Virus record (IMG/VR): IMGVR_UViG_3300037156_000027
Location: 1 to 57,960 of that record
Strand: one strand, 5' to 3'
Length of the DNA: 57,960 bases
Source: a virus
Taxonomy: Duplodnaviria > Caudoviricetes
A program made the translations under genes and the position numbers. Below the pieces are notes generated by a model that was given only the letters and a program-made list of their open reading frames with translations, was not told where the DNA came from and did no database searches. Shown piece after piece: positions 54,501-57,960 of this stretch. Position 1 is the first letter of the stretch, and every line of letters begins with the position of its first letter.

Positions 54501-57364
54501 TTATGTCCCACGAAGAAGGAATGTCAGAACTATTTAGACATTCTCCTGAAGAATCGGGCGGAGTTCAAGGCGAAGGGGGACGTAATGCCGAGTCTGGACA
54601 AACTAATAACGGCGGCAAGGAAGAATCTGATGGCCTTGAAGGATTAAGAAACGATGACGAAGATGAACGCAATGTGGTGGCCGGGGGAAATGAAACGAAG
54701 GGTTTCAGTGAAAGAACCCCAGAAGACGCCAAGCGCGAATGGCTCCTCCGCAAGCCGATAACCGCCATTGAGGGTTTCCTTGGGCAGAAGCTCAAAGGAA
54801 CGGTTATGGACAAGGCGGCGCAAAGCTATGTCAAACTGATTCAGCCGGAACTTGTCAGCCCCATATCGAAGCGGTTTGAGGCGAGGACGGCGACATATAA
54901 AGTCAGGCTTGCTGAAGCAAAAGACAATATCGCCAAAATGGGCGAGGACGCGCAGCGCACACAGCAAAAGTGGGGCAAAGAGCGGAATTACCAAAATATC
55001 GATGATCTACAACGCGGCATAATCAATGGCGACAAATCCCCCGCTGGTGATGAGTTTGCAAGAGCGCGACTCGATGCGACGAGCGAAGAGGAAGCAAAAG
55101 TCGTTGGAGTTGAGCCGTCGCGCTATTACAGGGAAAACTATTTCCCCGGCATGTGGAAAGACCCAGAAAAGGCACAGGCATTTTTCCGTAGCCCTGAGTT
55201 TCTCAAGAAGTTCGGCAACGATTGGTTTAACAAAGAAAAGAAAATTCCCTTTATCAGCGAAGGCATAAAGGCAGGATTAGAGCCTGAATTCCATACGAAA
55301 GAGGAGTTTGTCCAAGCTCGATTAGTCGCCGGGGCTGATCTGATGGAGCGCATGAGGCTTCTCAAGAATATGCAAGATGACGGCATGGCGACGCGTGCGG
55401 GAGCGTACAGCATAGACAAGCGCACAGCAGCGACACAGGACATGCTGACAAAGACCAAAGCCAAACTTAAGGCGTGGAACGATAAGGTCAACGACCCGAA
55501 GCAGCCGGAGTTTGATTTTGCCAATCCGATTGTCAGAAAACATGCCGTTGATCTGCAAGGCAGAATCGACTCACTCACCAAACGCGCCGATGAGTTGGCA
55601 AAAGAAAAGACAACCCACACTGCACCGCCGGAAGTTTTGAAATCCTTACTCGGCAATAGCTTTCGTGTTCTCGGCCCCGATAACAAGGTGTGGATGATTC
55701 ATAATGACAACGGCGCGTTGTGGAAAAACGCGATGGATATAGCCGGTGACTTTGGTCGTGGTCTACGCGGCAATCAGGGCGTTACCGGCAGCGCATACCG
55801 CCTATGGATGGCTGGCAAGAACACATGGGTTCCGCTCAAGCTGGCGGCATCCTTATTCCACCCCCTGCATGTGGCGACCATCCACCTCGCTACGGGGTTT
55901 GCCACGGCAGCGGAGAATTCCATGAAGGGCGGAAGCCACATGGACTCCGTTAAAGCCATCGGAGAATCGCTCAAGGATGCGTTTGGAATACAGTCCATGA
56001 TAAGGGGCGCAACAAGAGGTGAAAACCCATACCTTAAGCCTTCGCCAGAAAATCGTCAGACAATGGAAGAGGGCGGGTATCGTCCACAAATGTCTGAAAC
56101 TGAGTTGTCGCAGGGTAGGCTGGCGTTCTATCGTGCGCTCGATCAGAAGGAGTTTCATAAACTTCCAATCCCTGCGGCGCAAATGGCATTACGAGCTATG
56201 GCGTCCCCGATATTCGAGCATTGGATTCCAAACGTCAAAACGCAAGCATATTTGCAACGGTGTGAACTGGCGGTCAAACGCGATCCATCCCTAGCGTCCG
56301 ATGAAAATACAGGCAAACGCTCCGAGGTCTTCACCCAGATTCGCAAAGACACCGAGCGCACCTATGGCGAAATGAACTACGACAATCTGTTCTGGAACAA
56401 GAGCGTGAAGGATGCCTTTCAAGCATCGTTTCTCTCGGCTGGATGGAAGCTCGCGCAGTTGAATTATTACAGGGGATTGGCTGAACCGGCAAAACTTGGC
56501 TATGAAGCCCTAAAGACAGGCGAATTTAACCCCAAGCAAGCCTCATATAATATGCTGTTCTCTTACGTTTATGGCGGCATGGCGTTGACGATGGGTGCGA
56601 TTATCGCACGACAATTGACAGGTCAGCCAAGCGATTCGGATGACATGGTTTTCCCGCGCACTGGCGAGAAAGCCCCAGATGGCACGGATATTCGCATGAA
56701 GCTTCCGTTCTTCAATAACGAAGCGATGGCTCTGGCGCATGATTACACGACAAAGGGATTGCTTGGCGGAATTACCTCGTTTGTTGCCGATCAGACCCTT
56801 TGGAAAAACGCATGGAATACGATCAACAATCGGGATTATTACGGCAAACCATTGGTGCGCGATTTTACTAATTTGCATGAAGTCGCTCATGCCGCATGGG
56901 ATTCCGTGTCTCCGATTACATTCAGCAATATGGCTAGGGCGGAATCCAAGGGCAGTAATATCGGCAAAGACCTTGCCTATACAGGACTTTCCCTCGCTCC
57001 ATCCTATGCTGGACAGAGCGCGTTTGTCCAAAAGGTCACAGCAAAATATGATGAGGAGAATCCGAGCAAGGGAACCGGCTATCAGGATTATCTTAAAAAG
57101 GAATACAAACAAGCCAAGACCACTGGCGATACGGCAAAAATGGATGACTTGCGGAAACAGATGTCCGACGAGGGGATAACACCAAAACAAGTCGGGAACA
57201 TTGGGCATAATTACTCGGAGCCATTCGTTAATAATGCTTGGAGGAAGCTAACGCCACAAGACCAAGCCGATCTTATAAAATCGGCAACCCCAGAGGAAAA
57301 GCAGAAGTTTATGGCAACTGCAAAACCACAAACCCGCATAATGATAAGGGATAATTCACCTTGA
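51566..57364 (+). CDS. Large internal virion protein (1932 aa) with JAB/MPN-like domain
   Basis: Three DDW[QT]PV repeats, Pro-rich linker, NEHLVIYD...HNHPADRALSNKDL. Confidence 0.75.
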   Translation: MAQAEQDDWQPVSSSAPVDDWTPVSAAPKGEVDDWTPVGGNAEKTSVATPKEKEPSVAADVGKGLITGGIKGGANLAASAAANTNPITGIPFDVAMGTKYLVPAVETGAKYLAKDVMGDKEYNDYAAKFVQEHPELAKYDPATLAEKIPSPADLVSKLATAAGHPLPEPETAAGRIAEGVPEFAGLGGLGALKAAIPAVGFVTAPEVVKALGGNEQAQFWGGIAGAGAGMKAMPHEAPKVAEVKPPTDVPPPPSPTEPEPPSAAPTGASERFSPTDMSVVPDAQGFNIHDSQGLPVASGFDSADEARQHIEDMAAEKNLIEPNIPPLVPPVLPEETPAPIESPPPVEPPAAEPEPPPVTPPEPPPVAPEDIQKHAAHMQSTIADILKSNGLPDVSKEAAAEQSRNIQTAMQNAPERTPNVPFPASYDEPELTAKQIKNLPTQAGINKSQAAKTKNIPPPNNIFESIAQAGGLKDEGNWLKNADMRNIRTPNYGRLYNPKGMSYDDALQHAMDKGWINPETDNNNPSQSVHQNLFDALERENDKPTRKRGITDEDAYAQRYGTEPDETPLAHETETAAKDFSPDNELERELMQAHYPDEDDLPPYDREHENDQGAPSEVAPKAGEAVQDQGRPALAGEPAREGTKVLPSSESGTGRAQAEEFTNEGNQAVIPGAERITDRQLQERQMEGGSKAKVAQKPADEGLFDVAGRGQGDLLAQEELGEHGEPGKFQSDRAMFDRFTQGKAGEDMHNAIRDYLIGRGKETGNEHLVIYDSRTKSVMESGTSGQNNKVSFSPEVKKLINDPNNDLAIHHNHPADRALSNKDLQSLAGRGVGSIVAHTHDGNFSSATLSGKAREFFHSIPQVWALSHLRTIGDSTFSAVHEFLERGINRGILSKEDAVGAERDIANRSLDRAGIIQYSTSHNMEGNKDFHEFVENAIKQGAKSAQNAADAAGLKLGRMKNGESGQRGVGTDRLARSPVMSHEEGMSELFRHSPEESGGVQGEGGRNAESGQTNNGGKEESDGLEGLRNDDEDERNVVAGGNETKGFSERTPEDAKREWLLRKPITAIEGFLGQKLKGTVMDKAAQSYVKLIQPELVSPISKRFEARTATYKVRLAEAKDNIAKMGEDAQRTQQKWGKERNYQNIDDLQRGIINGDKSPAGDEFARARLDATSEEEAKVVGVEPSRYYRENYFPGMWKDPEKAQAFFRSPEFLKKFGNDWFNKEKKIPFISEGIKAGLEPEFHTKEEFVQARLVAGADLMERMRLLKNMQDDGMATRAGAYSIDKRTAATQDMLTKTKAKLKAWNDKVNDPKQPEFDFANPIVRKHAVDLQGRIDSLTKRADELAKEKTTHTAPPEVLKSLLGNSFRVLGPDNKVWMIHNDNGALWKNAMDIAGDFGRGLRGNQGVTGSAYRLWMAGKNTWVPLKLAASLFHPLHVATIHLATGFATAAENSMKGGSHMDSVKAIGESLKDAFGIQSMIRGATRGENPYLKPSPENRQTMEEGGYRPQMSETELSQGRLAFYRALDQKEFHKLPIPAAQMALRAMASPIFEHWIPNVKTQAYLQRCELAVKRDPSLASDENTGKRSEVFTQIRKDTERTYGEMNYDNLFWNKSVKDAFQASFLSAGWKLAQLNYYRGLAEPAKLGYEALKTGEFNPKQASYNMLFSYVYGGMALTMGAIIARQLTGQPSDSDDMVFPRTGEKAPDGTDIRMKLPFFNNEAMALAHDYTTKGLLGGITSFVADQTLWKNAWNTINNRDYYGKPLVRDFTNLHEVAHAAWDSVSPITFSNMARAESKGSNIGKDLAYTGLSLAPSYAGQSAFVQKVTAKYDEENPSKGTGYQDYLKKEYKQAKTTGDTAKMDDLRKQMSDEGITPKQVGNIGHNYSEPFVNNAWRKLTPQDQADLIKSATPEEKQKFMATAKPQTRIMIRDNSP

Positions 57365-57389
57365 TTTTTCCGATTGTCAAGCATAGAAT
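57361..57389 (+). promoter_or_regulatory. Promoter
   Basis: TTGATT-17-TAGAAT. Confidence 0.55.
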
Positions 57390-57442
57390 ACCCCTCGTGT
57401 GGCCGCCCACGAGCAGCCCTTCAATAGTAGGAGGGCGTTCGC

Positions 57443-57724
57443 GTGGGATATTCAGATAGATGCGCCATAGCGATTTGCGACAGGTGTAATTTCAAGAAGA
57501 AATACACCGAGCTTCGCGCTGATGGAAATTCCCCAGGCTTGCGCGTTTGTGACAGTTGCTGGGATCCAAAGAATCCTTGGCGACTTCCCGCCATTCAGCC
57601 CGACAACATCCTCTTGAAATATCCGCGCCCGGATACCTTGCTTGTGGCTGGCGATATTTCCTATCCAGACCTCACTAATCCAGCGAATCCCGTTCCTCCC
57701 AACGAGGGCGATTACCCAACATAA
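57443..57724 (+). CDS. Zinc-binding hypothetical phage protein
   Basis: AICDRC...LRVCDSCWDPKNP; AGGAGG RBS before GTG. Confidence 0.75.
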   Translation: MGYSDRCAIAICDRCNFKKKYTELRADGNSPGLRVCDSCWDPKNPWRLPAIQPDNILLKYPRPDTLLVAGDISYPDLTNPANPVPPNEGDYPT

Positions 57725-57733
57725 GGAGCCGCC

Positions 57734-57960
57734 ATGCGTCCCGTATATATCGCAGCGAAAGCCACATCTGGAAACAGCGCCGCTTGTATTTTAGATCAAT
57801 ATCTGACCCCTACTGATGCTCTTTTGGCAGTTGAGCTAGGCGGTAATACTGGGGGCGGCGCGAGCTATACGGTGCAATATAGTCCCGATGATCCTTATGC
57901 ATCCTACGCCACAGATTATAACACGAATGCGAACTGGTATAACCATCCAACGCTAGTGAC
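57734..57960 (+). CDS. Hypothetical virion-region protein, 5' part; continues across the junction to nt 254 (117 aa total)
   Basis: AAGGAG then ATG at 57734 (MRPVYIAAK...); in frame with ORF 39..254. Confidence 0.85.
   Translation, partial: MRPVYIAAKATSGNSAACILDQYLTPTDALLAVELGGNTGGGASYTVQYSPDDPYASYATDYNTNANWYNHPTLV
57834..57960. repeat. Terminal direct repeat copy 2; unit genome about 57,833 bp
   Basis: Identical to nt 1-127; an ORF reads through the junction. Confidence 0.97.

Noticed and set aside
27522-57208. Long antisense ORFs over structural genes
   Set aside because: Shadows of Gly/Ala/Thr-rich sense genes with no recognisable motifs.
1-57960. tRNA, rRNA, IS elements
   Set aside because: None recognised by eye; tRNAscan-SE and Infernal would be needed to exclude them.

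Overview
The window is an apparently complete ~57.8 kb tailed-phage genome. The first 127 nt repeat exactly at the end, and one ORF reads across the junction. It looks podovirus-like: no tape measure or sheath is recognisable, and it has tubular/stabilisation proteins and large internal (ejection) proteins. GcrA and GapR homologues point to an alphaproteobacterial host. The + strand (26.4-57.9 kb, continuing 0-4.3 kb) carries terminases, portal, a GroES-like protein, scaffold, two glycosyltransferases, capsid, tail, an HlyC-like acyltransferase, ejection proteins and lysis genes. The 4.4-25.8 kb region holds mostly minus-strand early/accessory genes: a DUF6745-like repeat protein, HNH nucleases, a YqaJ exonuclease with a probable annealing protein, a helicase-like ATPase and several regulators. 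I recognised no integrase, DNA polymerase, RNA polymerase, reverse transcriptase or tRNA. The most striking unexplained structure is a pair of convergent arrays (8.06-14.19 kb, with a satellite at 23.6-23.9 kb) of small, unrelated, translationally coupled genes. They carry the same 10-nt motif, C-N3-AAC[GC]AC, in frame a few codons after the start (30 copies found by eye; peptide [S/P/T]-x-T-T). The conservation is at nucleotide level and the motif behaves like a module junction, which suggests an undescribed gene-cassette shuffling or RNA-signal system. All family assignments are from motif recognition by eye; no database searches were run.
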